Below, in pieces: positions 1-13,225 of a stretch of 64,000 bases of DNA. Every line of letters begins with the position of its first letter. The stretch's first letter is position 1. The notes beneath the pieces were generated by a model. That model did no database searches, had not been told where the DNA came from, and worked only from the letters and a program-made list of their open reading frames with translations. The position numbers and the translations under genes are program-made. Source of the DNA: Octopus sinensis (lineage: Eukaryota); assembly GCF_006345805.1 (NCBI RefSeq), contig NC_043000.1, positions 121,024,001 to 121,088,000 of the forward strand. Direction: 5' to 3'.

Positions 1-1543
1 TGGAGAAAATTCATATTCTCGCTATTGTTACAAAGGGGCTACGAATAGACTACAATTTCTTAGAATCGTATGGAGCATAGAGAGGTCATAGGGTTGTAAG
101 GGCTGTAATTCATTTCTAATTTATTTATCACTTTATCATCTATTAAATTTGAGACTAGAAGACTGCGTCTATTTTGAATAAAGAACAAGAGTGATTTGAC
201 AACTCATGGCTGGGTATGTTCATAAATATTATCATAGGTACCCCTTTTCCCTAAAAGAAAGGAAATAAGACATTAGAAAAAATCAATTTGATTGAAGTAA
301 CTGTTTATAAAGGAGAGACAGGGTAGCGGTAAACTTTAAATCATGATAGTAATTTCCAGTTAAAGGGGCAAGATACTAAGAAACTTAAGATGCCAATTCA
401 GGGAAATTTAATAAGTGCACGAGCTGTGCAGTTAATACCGGACTGACTTGCTGCTTCAGCTTAAGTACATAATTCAACTGAATCTTAATCATTTCTTATA
501 TACATATGTGTGTGTGTGTGTGTGTGTGCACGCGAGCTCACACACATATATATATATACAGAGAACTTCTGGTGTACGTTCAAGTGTCAAAGAGAGGTAT
601 AAAGGCTTTGACTTTAGAATATATTTACTAATGTGCTTATTCAAAATATCTCCCTCTTATCTAAATATATTGCTGGCGGTATGAATTTGGGGGTGTCAAT
701 CAATTTATAGTTGCAGGATGTGTGACGTGGGCAAAATTTCTTTGCAGAAATTAATAAGTTACATGTCATTCAAACAGGATAAGGCAAAGGACGAGTTGTA
801 GATGCTGGAGATTAACTGTTAGCAATGTGTTGTAGATTTAACATTGTACATATTCCGTTGATATTTCGAATTCATTATTTTAAGGCCGAGAGATTCCTAT
901 CTTATCAAGTGGGTAGTTTTTCTAGATTTTGCTGTAACATTAATAACCTTTCCATCAAATTATTACATTTCTCGGAGAGAAGTTTCCTACGGAGCGCTCG
1001 TCATCGCTACCCATATCCGGCAACGTTACGCTATAGCAATCTCCAAATTCAGATAGAAAACGATACCATATTCCCAAAATCACCATGATAGACATAAATA
1101 ACAGTGACTACATAGCACATTCCAACCTTTTCATTCATCGGTTTCTTGTTTGAATGAACAGACAAAAGCAAGATAAACTTTTTAGAAATGACAAGAAGCA
1201 TCTTTTATATAGATTGCAACATGGAATGGCGTCTTCAGCTAACGATGAATCTCTGGGATCGTTTTCAATTCCATTCTCCTTCCGCTTTATGAGCATAGCC
1301 AGGGAAATGTATTTTGTCAATGGATCAACAATCTCCGCTTGCCTTTGATTGTGTTCTCCATATACGGTTACGCTTGATTCGAGATACAGGGGTTATATTC
1401 TTGTACACTAGCGCTCTCGTAAAGGATTAACAAAATTAAAAATCATTTGAACTATAACAGAAAAATCAACTTTAACTAATTTCCTTTTCATTCGGGATGG
1501 AAGCGAATCTCTAAGAAAAAAGCCTGCAGTTTGACTAACACAT

Positions 1544-2195
1544 GCGTAGGCGTCGCTGTGTGGGAAGAAGCTTGCTTGCCGACCACATGCTTCCGGCTTC
1601 AGTTCCGCTGCGCAGCATCTTGCGCAAGTGTTTTCTACTATAGCCTGAGTCCCACCAAAACATTGTGAGTGGATTTGGTGGACGGTAACTGAAAGAAGCT
1701 CGTTGTACATATATATATACTTTATAGATTAAAGACAGGTATTCTCTGTATAGAATACTCTTCGTAGTGCTCAAGAGATTTGAACTTGAGCAGGTAGAGG
1801 AGTAAATGTAAGGACAGGCATGTTAGGCAAGGCGATATGCAAAAAAATATTAAATACTTTTAATACAAAAATGTACATATGTAAACATATAAGAAGAGTC
1901 TGACTCCGAATGGAAATGGTACCAGGTATTAAGGGGGTCGAGTAGGGGTTTACGTGTCCAGCAATTCATTTTAGGTGTTGATGGTCCAAAATACTGCTTG
2001 TAACTTGATTCTGTGTGTTTCCCCTCCATCACTGCTTGATAATCGGTCTTGATGTGTTTGCGTCCACGTAAATTTGTGGTTGTGCAAAAACGACCGATAT
2101 AATAAGTTTTGCGTTCGATTTGTTCGAGAAAAACTCTTTAAGGTGGTGCTCCAGAATGGTGGCAGTCAGTTGACTAAAGGAAGTCCAAGAATAAC
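1544..2195 (+). mobile_element. SINE family A (tRNA-head, CORE-like), decayed, split by ~290-bp insert at ~1720-2010
   Basis: 5' half (…GTGAGTGGATTTGGTGGACGGTAACTGAAAGAAG) and 3' half (…AAGGTGGTGCTCCAGAATGG…) match the intact copies at 30107 and 32300. Confidence 0.75.
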
Positions 2196-2384
2196 CATGG
2201 TTTAACTCTACTGAATATTACACAAATTTCAGTGTGAGCCGTTTTGAAAGTGTTACATCTGCTTCACTTTACCCCTTAAACCCATACAAATACTAAATAA
2301 ATACAATTTTCGCCTGAAAATGTTGCTCTTTCGTAATCAACGTTGTCACTTGACTTGGTTAAATTCTGCGTCCTTTTATAAGAA

Positions 2385-2463
2385 CTTGGGCAAGTGTTTT
2401 CTGCTATAGCCTCGGTCCCACCAAAACATTGTGAGTGGATTTGGTAGACGGAAACAGAAAGAT
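2385..2463 (+). mobile_element. SINE A fragment
   Basis: CTTGGGCAAGTGTTTTCTGCTATAGCCTCGG…GGATTTGGTAGACGGAAAC matches other family A copies. Confidence 0.75.
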
Positions 2464-2531
2464 GTTGGCAACCCTCATTGAACTGAAACTAAAGATGTAG
2501 CTAGTCCTGTTCACAAATGAATTCTTGTTAC

Positions 2532-2591
2532 TCTGCGCACAGCATCGGATAGGGACTCATATACATATTCAACAGTACCAAACTTCATAAC
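2532..2591 (-). CDS. Candidate 60-nt phase 0-0 exon (VMKFGTVEYVYESLSDAVRR), unidentified
   Basis: Open frame between a tctttgaaag| acceptor and an |gtaaca donor on the minus strand. No homology recognised; may be chance. Confidence 0.15.
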
Positions 2592-3040
2592 CTTTCAAAG
2601 ACAGATTGAATAGACGATCATTCAACCGTCCGTTATATAAACAATTTTGTGAATGGAATCAAGATGTTTTCGCTTCGCCATTTCTGTTTTTCTTTCTTTC
2701 TCTTTTTTCTGTTCTGGTTGGAATATCTGAAGAATAAAGTCTAACAATATACAAGTATTACGAATGCGATCATTGATGAATTTGTTAATTTGGCAGCTAA
2801 TTTATACCTCAGCTTGCCAAATGACGCCCAAAGATTGTACGCATGTTTGACGCTACAGCAAACACTTTAAATATGAGTGTTGCAAGCTATAAGATGGTTA
2901 TTTAAGGATATTTATGTTTTTATTTTTCTGGTACTTATAAATACGTCGAACAAGGAGGACGTTCGAGGCTCAGAGATGATGCCTTGAGATGTGTTTCCGA
3001 TTTTTTCTTTTTTTTTCGCTTCTTTTGCTGTCAGTCTTGT

Positions 3041-3395
3041 TTAATTGTTTAATTGTTTGTTGAGCGAAGCGATCTTCGTCCCAGAGCCCGCAAGATCACG
3101 CCTCTGTAGTGGTAGAAGTTCGAAACGTAAGACCCGCAGAAGAGAAAGCAGGTCAACCCCCGACACCGAGAGTATCGACGGATGGATGTATGCGCATCCA
3201 GGCTCAGCTGTTGCGTAGGAAGTCGGGGACAAGAAGCAGGAAGAACGTTGGAGCAAAAGAGTACAACAGGGGTCGCCACCACTCCTGCCGGAGCCTCGCG
3301 GAGCTTTTTAGGTGTTTTCGCTTAATAAACACACACAACGCCCGGTCTGGGAATCGAAACCGCGAGTCCGCTGCCCTAAGCACTGGGCTATTGTG
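3041..3395 (-). mobile_element. tRNA-derived SINE (family C), near full length
   Basis: Minus strand shows box A-like TAGCCCAGTGCTTAG and box B-like GGTTTCGATTCCC, a GC-rich body and a short-repeat tail (AACAATTA)2. Confidence 0.75.
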
Positions 3396-3749
3396 ACACC
3401 AGACTTCAGACTTCAAAAACATGTAGACTATTTGAGTGGTATGTGGTATACTCGGTCTGTTGCCCCGTTTATTGTCCTGGTTTGAATGCGTTTAGCTGCT
3501 TCCACTTGGGAGGTAGCGTCTAGATCAAGAATCATGTATGAGAACAACTTAATTCCACACCTCTACGAACCTAGTAGCCCCTGTAAAATGGTACTATCTT
3601 CTAATCTGACGAAAGAATATTTTTGAAATTTAAAATTTTAATATTTTCTTCAAATCATCCTTTAGTTTGTGTTACCGTTTAACAAATTATATAACATTTT
3701 ATATTGTGTATTCTATTTAAATTTTATTAAAGGTGTGTGAGTCTGAAGG

Positions 3750-3911
3750 TGCAAGCGTAGCTCTGTACTAAAGGCTTTGCTTCTCAAATACATGCTTTGG
3801 GATTCTTTTCCACTGCGTGGTATCTAGACGAAATGTCTACTACAATATCTCTGAGCTGACCAAAGACTTTTGCATAGGTTTGATAGTAGGAAACTGAAAG
3901 AAGCATCCCGT

Positions 3912-3965
<54 letters not shown>

Positions 3966-4450
3966 GTGTCTACCAAATCCACTCACAAGGCATTAGTCGG
4001 CCCGGGGCTATAGCAGAAGACACTTGCCCACGATGCCACGCAGTGGGACTGAACCCGGAACCATGTGGTTGGTTAGCAAGCTACTTACCACACAGCCACT
4101 CCTGCGCCTATATATATAATATATATAATATATATATATAATATTTATATATATATATATTTACATTTATATATATGTATATATATATATGTGTGTGTGC
4201 GTGTATATATATATATATGTGTGTGTGTGCGTGTATATGTATATATATGTGTGCGTGCGTGTATATATATGTGTGCGTGTGTGTGTGTTTGTGTTTGTCT
4301 CCCACCACCGTTTGACGACAGGCATCAACGTGTTTACATCCATATAACAATGCGATTTGGCAAATGAGAAGGATAGAATAAATACCGAGCTGAGAGCAAA
4401 CAAGTACGAGAGAACTGAGTCCAATTTATTCGATTAAACCGTTCTTCAAT
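3750..4450 (+). mobile_element. Old SINE A interrupted in its internal microsatellite by a younger minus-strand SINE A head (3966-4108)
   Basis: Degenerate head at 3750-3910 and degenerate tail at 4280-4450. The nearly intact reverse-complement head lies between them. Confidence 0.7.
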
Positions 4451-4999
4451 GTCTTTTTTACTAAAATATCTAAAAAAGAACTTATTACCAAATGATGGCA
4501 GTGAATCGGTAATTTGTTTCTTGTTTGTGAAGAAAGTCAGAAATATAACTTGATTTGAGCTTTTAGTCGTTACCATAAAACCCCCACTTCGACTGGTACT
4601 CATTCTTTCGATTTCAAAACGATGGAAAGCAAATCTGACCATGTGGTATTCGAACTCAGAATGTAAAGAGCCAGAATATATACACCAAGATACTTTGACA
4701 CTACCCCAACGATGCTATGAAACTACCGTATTAGAAGTGCCAAATAACGGTGTCAACTTTTGGTGTAAAGCCGCTGATTTTTGAGAAGCGTGTATAATTG
4801 ATACTATCAACTCTTGCAGTTAACTGGTGCCTTATTTCATCGGCCGGAGAGATGAAAGACAATGCTGTCGCCCGGCGAAATTTGAATTTAGAGCATAATG
4901 GTTCTGCAAAATTGCTCCCAAAAGCTAACAGAGGTGGTAAATTTTAGAGCGCGTGTCCTACTAGACAGAGCAACCAAATTGCTGTCAAATCTACTATTA

Positions 5000-5402
5000 T
5001 TTTACTCTTTTACTTGTTTCAGTCATTTGATTCTGGCCATGCTGGAGCACCACCTTTAGTCAAGAAAATCGACCCCAGGACTTATTCTTTGTAAGCCTAG
5101 TATTTATTCTATCGGTCTCTTTTGCCGAACTGCTAAGTTACGGGGACGTAAACACACCAGCATTGGTTGTCAAGCGATTTTGGGGGGTGACAAACACAGA
5201 CACACAAACATACACACACACACACATATACATATACACGACGAGCTTCTTTCAGTTTCTGTGTACCCAATCCACTCACAAGGCTTTGGTCGGCCCGAGG
5301 CTATAGTAGAAGGCACTTGCCCAAGGTGCCACGTAGTGGGACTGAACCCGGAACCATGTGGTTAGTAAGCAAGCTACTTACCACACAGCCATTCATACGC
5401 CT
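5000..5402 (-). mobile_element. SINE A, full length
   Basis: Head, internal (CA)n and tail ending …CTGAAACAAGTAAAAGAGTAAAA all present on the minus strand. Confidence 0.9.
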
Positions 5403-8133
5403 AAGTAGACATGCCTTAAAAATAAAAGGAAAAAAATTAAAGAAAACAAAAGCTGGGGTGGTCAGAAATGAAACGGTTTCGAACACAAACCTGAGGAATC
5501 GGAATTGACCTGGTGCGGAACAACCCAATGATAAGAACACTAACACTATGTCACCTCATTTGTGATGATTAATTTAAACAGTCAGTTACATATTTGTACA
5601 CAGTTAACTAATGTCCATGATAATATTTTATTTGTGGTTTATTTGGTAAAAGTATAGTCAGTGCTGCTCAATAAATTTCTCAATAAATGTTTGACGGAAA
5701 CTGCTGGTTATTAATAAAAGTTTGATATTCTTTTTCTTTTAGCCATAAAACTTTTCTGCTTGAATGGAATTAAATTCTATGTAACACCTTTGTATGATCT
5801 CGATTATTTATTTGTTGGAATGATTAAAGTCACTTTTTAAGCTTCTTCACCCTGTAATATTTAAACAGATGCGTTTATCTTTCTTATCCAGAAATCAACT
5901 TGTCAGAGCGCCAAAGCTACATTGGTATTTCGCATCGTATTTGACAGAGGAATTCAAACACGCGTCCCTTTCTTTTTTTATGTTATTACAATAGGAAATA
6001 GAAATTGACCAGAGCACGAGGTAATGTAATAAAACAATAACAAAGTTAAGCTATAAATAAACGCGCGGAGAAAATCGAATAGAAAGATAGCTACAGAAGC
6101 AATTAATGTAAAAATAGAGACAAAGAGGGGAATGGAGTGATATCAGTTTTGCCAGAGGTATTTCTTCAATAAAGAAACATTAATTTTCGGAGGAAGCGTG
6201 AAGCTGACCAATATTCTCGAAAATGAGATGTAGATAAAATAAAATACTAATTTATTTGAAAGGTATGCTATCAAATTTAGATTGGAAATGGTTGCCGCCG
6301 CTGAAATAGGTGCAACAATCCGCGTAAGAATTACAATACGTCAAAGAAGGGAGGTTAAATGTGAACGATAATGTGAATTTCTCTGTGCGTGTATCTTTGA
6401 CACTGTGATGCGTTTGTATATAGGTCGATTTGCCGTTTCTGTTGATGTGAACGTGCCAGCGTGTGGAAGAACGCGATTGTATTCAACTGAACGAATGCGT
6501 ACAATACATTTTCAGATGTGTTTCCCTATGAGACATTGATAGTTTCATTTTCTTTTTTTAAATATACACGTTTGATTATATCGCTGTAGTAGTAGTAGTA
6601 TTCATTTTTTTTTTGCTTATGTATGATTCTCAGAAATTGTTCTTCTCAATACAAATATTGGATCAGACGCCAAAATCTCAATTTATATCTGAATAAACTA
6701 GTGAATTCAGCGTAAAATATTGAAGCTGCAGATCACATTCCAACAAGATGGCAATCGACGTATATAAATTTGATAAAATATTCAAAAGGAACCCTGGCAA
6801 AGTTTCAAATGCTGAGTAAAAGGCAAGTATCTGCCATTCTGAAATGGTCAATAAATTAACCGAATGGAAGTTTCTACGCTTAGCAATAAAAATAAGTTTG
6901 TTATTAACTGATATATTGTTTAATTTTAGCTTACGATCAGTATTTTCCCTCCGTTGTCTCTAAACCTGATTTATTGGTTGGAAATAAAGAGATTTTATGC
7001 ATCATTGAAGGCTTTTAGTATTTGACAATGACAAATCAATTATAAGAAACGATATTTGGTTTGCTAAACCCTTCATTACTTTGAGCGTCATAAAACCGTT
7101 AATTACTTTTACGATATTTTCCTTTTCATTATGTTCATTTCTCCCTTTGATGCATTTAGAATATTTTGGCTCTGAACGATGAATAAGACCCGACATGATT
7201 TCGGTTGCCTGTCTAGGAGATAACTATTTGACCAGCTGTTAACAAAGGTTAAGGGCTTCTTGGAAGTTTACCAAAATTCGATAGTCAATCGACCCAGTCA
7301 GTCTTTCTGTGTCGCAATTATTATTTAGAAATGGATTTGTTTGTATAGTTTCTCATGAAGAAGTTATTCATAAAATGCAGAAAGAATTAAACATTCACAA
7401 TTAGCAAATAATAACAAATATATTCGCTAGAGCATATTGTACTCTTGTATTGGTCGTATCAATACACATGTGCGTACGTGCGCATGCGCTCGTGCTTGTG
7501 TACAATATGTATGCGCGCGCGTGTATGTGTGTAGTGAATACTGGTTAAAGTAATTTTATTGTGTAGCATTCACTCTTTTCAATTTCGTTTTGTAACCTTT
7601 GACAAAGAACTGTTAGTCTAACGCCAGTAATCAAAATTCGATAGCATGATAGATCGATCTCTGCTATCCGAAAAATTAGAGGAGAAACTCTCATTCTGTC
7701 TTTCAGATTTAAATTCAAAATAATTCTGAAAACTTTGAAATAATTAGCAGTTAAAAACATCATGCTCTAGAAAAGTTTCAGGAACATTTAAGGATATTAT
7801 ACATGAACTTAACAATTCTTCCTTTTCTTAACGCTGTCAATTCCGTTCGCTGTTGTGCTTATTATTCTGCTGGACATCTTCGACATGCAAGAAGTTGGTC
7901 GAAGAAACTGGCGTCACTCACAAGGTTCCTCTTTAACCCGATGTTTGCCCTAGCAATAACTCACCTTTTCAAAGAGCATGCAAAACGCGATAAATTACGC
8001 TACGGTTTAAGGAGATGAAACCGCCATTTCATATACTCTAAAAAAAATACAGTCGAAAACGATATCATATAAGTTACAGGAGATGGAAAGTGAGATACCT
8101 GAATGGTTAGTTTAATAAATATATTTGCAAAAA

Positions 8134-8440
8134 AGGAGCTGTGTGTGGTAAGAAGTTTGCTTTCTTATTACATGGTTCCAGTTTCAGTCACATTGCGTGG
8201 CACCTTGAGTAAATGTCTTCAATTATTGCATCGTGCCGACGAAAGACTTGTGAATAGATTTGGTTCTCGGAAATTGAAAGAAACCAGTCGTACATATGTG
8301 TATGTGTGCATGTATATATGTACATATATATATATATATATATACATAGATGTGTGTGTGTGTGTGTATGTGTGTATGTGTGCGTATATATATATGTGTG
8401 TGTGTGTGTGTGTAAGTGTATATATATATATATTATATAT

Positions 8441-8473
<33 letters not shown>

Positions 8474-8569
8474 GTATATGGTTATATTTTTCTTACGAAA
8501 GATACAGACCACATAGACCACATAGAAGTGCTCAATTCAAGCCTGTGACATTAGACAATTATGTATGTA

Positions 8570-8665
<96 letters not shown>

Positions 8666-8780
8666 ACGTAGCGGTTCGGCAATAACAAACCGATAGATTA
8701 ATAGGATTGATTTCTTCGACTAAAACTCTTCAGGGTGGTGAACTAGCATGGCCCCAATTTAACGTCTGAAATAACTAAAA
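8134..8780 (+). mobile_element. Old SINE A with internal microsatellite expanded to ~360 bp
   Basis: Degenerate head at 8134-8300, mixed (TA)/(TG)/(CT) block, degenerate tail at 8660-8780. Confidence 0.7.
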
Positions 8781-8994
8781 CCTAAAACAGGGTTGGAAAA
8801 TATAAAAAAAGAATTTTAATTGAATTTGGACTTGTACCTGTCACAGAAGCTTTATCAAAAAACAGGATAGCAGTTTAAACATTTTCACTGTCTTTTAATG
8901 ATCTTCCGATTCTCAGTCACGTAGATATTAATGGATTATTCTTTTATACTCTAAGCAAAAGGCATGCTGCTTCATTGACGTGATAATATTTTTT

Positions 8995-9585
8995 TACTCT
9001 AGGCACAAGGCACGAAATTTTGGGGGAGGGCGCAGCCGATCAGATCGACTCCAGTACGTAAATGGTACTTAATTTATCGACTCCGAAAGAATGACGGGTA
9101 AAGTCGACCAGTGCGAAATTTGAACTCAGAACGTCGCTAAGCATTTCGCCCGGCGTGCTAATGTTTCTTATTTTTTCCTGCGCACAAGAGGCCACACTCA
9201 GAGGGGACAAACAAGGACAGACAAACGGATTAAGTCGATTACATCGATCACAGTAAGTAACTGGTACTTATGTAATCGACTCCGAAAGGATGAAAGGCAA
9301 AGTCAACCTCGACGGAATTTGAACTCAGAATGTAACGGCAGACGAAATACCTATTTCATTACTACTCACAAGAGGCTAAACACAGAAGGGACAAACAAGG
9401 ACAGACAAACGGATTAAGTCGATTACATCGATCACAGTACGTAACTGTTACTTATTTAATCGACTCCGAATGGATGAAAGACAAAGTCAACCTCGGCGGA
9501 ATTTGAACTCAGAACGTAGCGGCAGACGAAATGCGGCTAAACATTTCGCCCGGCGTGCTAACGTTTCTGCCAGCTCATCGCCTTG
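8995..9585 (-). mobile_element. SINE family B (Nin/Deu-like core) head-to-tail trimer
   Basis: Three direct units containing …ATCGACTCCGAAAGGATGAAAGGCAAAGTCAACCTCGGCGGAATTTGAACTCAGAACG or a decayed version. The full head is at 9550-9585. Confidence 0.85.
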
Positions 9586-10759
9586 ATTTTAACGAACCAT
9601 TGACACGTCATTTGTCTTAGAGCTTCAGTTCTTGGATATACCAATTATACGATATCTGGAGAGAGAAAATAAGATGATTCTGAAAAGGCAAAGTGAAACT
9701 TCACATGCATTCTAGATTTTGTTTTATCATGAAATAGTCCTTTGTGGATTGTATTTACACAGAATAAAAGAAAGCCTGTTATTACATGATGTGTGAACAT
9801 GTAATTAATTGTGTTTGCCATTGCTGTGTCATAATAGCTTTAAAGATTATAGAGAATATAGTGCTGCCTTATAAAGAAATAGCTGCGTAAATAAATATAG
9901 AACGGACAATAATGAAGCGTTCATTGTTTAGATTTAATGAATGTAATAGTCAAAGTGAATCCTCAGCAGAAGAAAGAAAATCCTAGATGAATCAAACTAG
10001 ATTGCCTTATGAAGTCCAGGTTATACAAAGGCAGGTATAATTAACTATGCAGTTTCCTATATGAAGTGATATGTATATATATCATTTTTGGCTATTGAAA
10101 CTAATGTTAGATAGAAGAGTATGAAATTTCTACCTCGTTTATTGAAACTGAAGTGTTAACGTGTTGGCTGTAAAAACGAAATCCAGGGATGAAACGAATC
10201 GAAGTAGAATCTAATGTGAGACTGATACAGATTTAGCTAGGACTTATTTTGAGTATTTTGTTGGACTCCAGTAATTCTCAATTCTCTAGGATCCATTCTT
10301 TGCCTTCGTTTACAAAGATATTTTACATTTAAATACTTAGCTTAATGATTGCCCACGGAAATAGTTTAATACCAAAGGGAGATTTTCGTAACCAACGTAA
10401 CATGCATGTTTTTTCAGACCACGGAATACAGCGATATTAATATGAGATATCCTCTTATATAGGCACTTGATGATTTCTAGAAGAATGAAATCATGTGATA
10501 TTGGAATTCTCCTGTAATACCTTTTGGTATTATAGAAGAGAATCTCTGAATGATAATAACGTACAATTCGGTTTTCTAACAAGACATCTATGTTAAGATG
10601 GATACAAAGGCAACCTTTTGGTATTAACATAGCTTCTGTCGTTAATCAATTTTTAGTAAGCCTGTTGGCTATTTACCTCATCATTGTCCGACCGAAAAAA
10701 ATGCTGATATTTTAAATATCGTATCAGTGAGATTTGGCTGGCATGCAGTGAACGTATTC

Positions 10760-10805
10760 TTCCCACTGATGAGGTCCTGTAGAATAAAACCACGAGATAT
10801 GGGAA
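10760..10805 (+). ncRNA. Eroded hammerhead-like motif
   Basis: TTCCCA-CTGATGA-…-GAGA-TA-TGGGAA: perfect 6-bp stem I and intact CUGAUGA, but GAAA reads GAGA and stem II is poor. Confidence 0.3.
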
Positions 10806-11235
10806 ATCTGGCAGGCATGACAGACGAAACACCCATGTTTCCAGAGAGGTGAATTATTCAAGCCCCAAAGAATTCCTCTCAACACAAAGCTATGATGCAC
10901 CCCCACAACTTCTGCATGAGATTAGTGATGCATATATTGTGAACCACCAAAGAAATGCTCAAATGGTTAAGGTCAAGCAACGGAAAAGCGAATCTATGGT
11001 ACTGAGCGCATTTTACACCAACACAAAACATTTCCATGAAAACTCATCCAATCAGTTAAGATCGGAAGCCAAAAGAGATAGTGCCTTGTAAGGCATCAGA
11101 TAATTTGTTGTTGTTGTTGCTGCTGTTGATACAATTTTCTGATTGAATTGCATTTTATTTTATCTTCTGACAGAGTCTCAGCGAGAGACCTAAGGAGAAA
11201 ATATCCTAAGAATGTGGGTGGTTGATGTCAATACT

Positions 11236-11254
11236 GTTTTTTAAGTCCCGTATA

Positions 11255-11309
<55 letters not shown>

Positions 11310-11388
11310 CATTATTATTACTATTATCATTATCATTATCATTATTATTTTTATTGTAATTATTATTATTATAATTATTATTATTACT

Positions 11389-11419
<31 letters not shown>

Positions 11420-11421
11420 CT

Positions 11422-11452
<31 letters not shown>

Positions 11453-11464
11453 CTATTATCGTTA

Positions 11465-11501
<37 letters not shown>

Positions 11502-11509
11502 TATCGTTA

Positions 11510-11550
<41 letters not shown>

Positions 11551-11598
11551 TTTACTATTATTAATATTATTATTATCATTATCATTATTATTATTACT

Positions 11599-11645
<47 letters not shown>

Positions 11646-11901
11646 TATCATTATTATTACTATAATGATATTACTATTATCATTATCATTATTATTATTA
11701 ACATTATTATTATTATTATTATTATTATTATCATTATTATTATTATTACTATTACTATTACTACTACCATTATTATTATTAGTATCATTCTTCTCCTTCT
11801 TCTTCTTCTTCTTCTTATTATTATTATCATTATTATCATTATTATTATTATTACTATTACTATTACTACTACGATTATTATTATTAGTATCATTATTATT
11901 A

Positions 11902-11935
<34 letters not shown>
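11236..11935. repeat. ~700-bp degenerate (ATT)n trinucleotide array
   Basis: ATT/ATC/ACT triplets throughout, with a (CTT)n patch at ~11790-11815. Confidence 0.95.
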
Positions 11936-11936
<1 letters not shown>

Positions 11937-12322
11937 GTGATCGTATGTATTATGTAAGGCACAGCACCAGTGTTAGAAATGATTATTATGAGTATATATT
12001 TCAAATCATTTCATCAGTTGGCGTGTCATCATTCCTAGACAGAGCGCAAGTGAAGATATAACCAGAATGCAACGGCGTTATAATGCTATTGTTTTAATAT
12101 TATTATTATTATTTTTATTATTTCTCCTTTCTTTTATAGTTATTGGATCTGTTTTTTTGTTTGTTTGTTCTTCTGCTACCTTTCTTTCGTTTACTATATA
12201 TCTGACTGGTAAAAGTAATCTTCACAAGTTGCGTATCTGGTTGGTTTACTTGTTTTGAATCTCACCCATAGTAACGAAATGGGAAGAGAATAACAAAAGA
12301 CAAGAGAAAATAAATAAACACA

Positions 12323-12369
<47 letters not shown>

Positions 12370-12539
12370 AAGACCTCCAATGTGGTGGAGAAAAAGCAAT
12401 ATGAGATAAAGTTAATTAGAAATATATCTATGAATCTATATTTCGTTGTTTTTTCTCTAATACATATGTATCTGTAAATATAATAAATGCATATATACAT
12501 ACATAAATAGAGACACTTTCCCAAATATAAACATACACA

Positions 12540-13043
12540 TTGACAGGAGCACATATCTACACAAATTTGTGTGTGTGTATGTGTACATATATTCATATAA
12601 AGTGTGTAATATCCTTATATGCACCCATACACCAGCAACTATATATGTACTATATGTATGTGTATATTTGTGTGTGTGTATATATATCTAAATATATACA
12701 TATACATCCATATATATATATATATATATCCGTATATATAGATATATGTTTGTGTACAAGCACGCACACACTCACGCACATACACACACATATATAACTG
12801 TATATATATATATGTATGTGTGTGTGTAGACACACATTTGTGTATACGTATATACATACATATATAGATATATATATATATATATATACATACGCATTCT
12901 TAAGCGAGTAAGATTGGGTATATTTGAATTTCCTTCAGCCAGTCTATTTCACACAGGTATTGCATATATATGTGCACATATATATATATGTATGTATATA
13001 TATATGTATGTGTTTATATATATATGTGTGTTTATATATATAT

Positions 13044-13077
<34 letters not shown>

Positions 13078-13128
13078 CATATATATATTTACACACACAA
13101 ATATATATATATACACACAGATGTAGAT

Positions 13129-13194
<66 letters not shown>

Positions 13195-13225
13195 GTATAT
13201 ATCGTATGTGTATGTATGCGTGTGT
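12540..13225. repeat. Compound (TA)n/(TG)n/(CA)n microsatellite block
   Basis: Seen directly in the sequence. Confidence 0.9.

Noticed and set aside
3600-3640. CTGACGA…GAAATTT hammerhead-like motif
   Set aside because: Stem II is only A-U/G-U pairs and there is no stem I; expected by chance in AT-rich DNA.
8995-9585. Regularly spaced direct repeats resembling a CRISPR array
   Set aside because: The units are ~190-bp SINE B monomers with no unique spacers, the context is eukaryotic, and there are no cas genes.
11990-12025. Minus-strand CTGATGA…GAAA motif
   Set aside because: Only a 2-bp stem II and no stem I.
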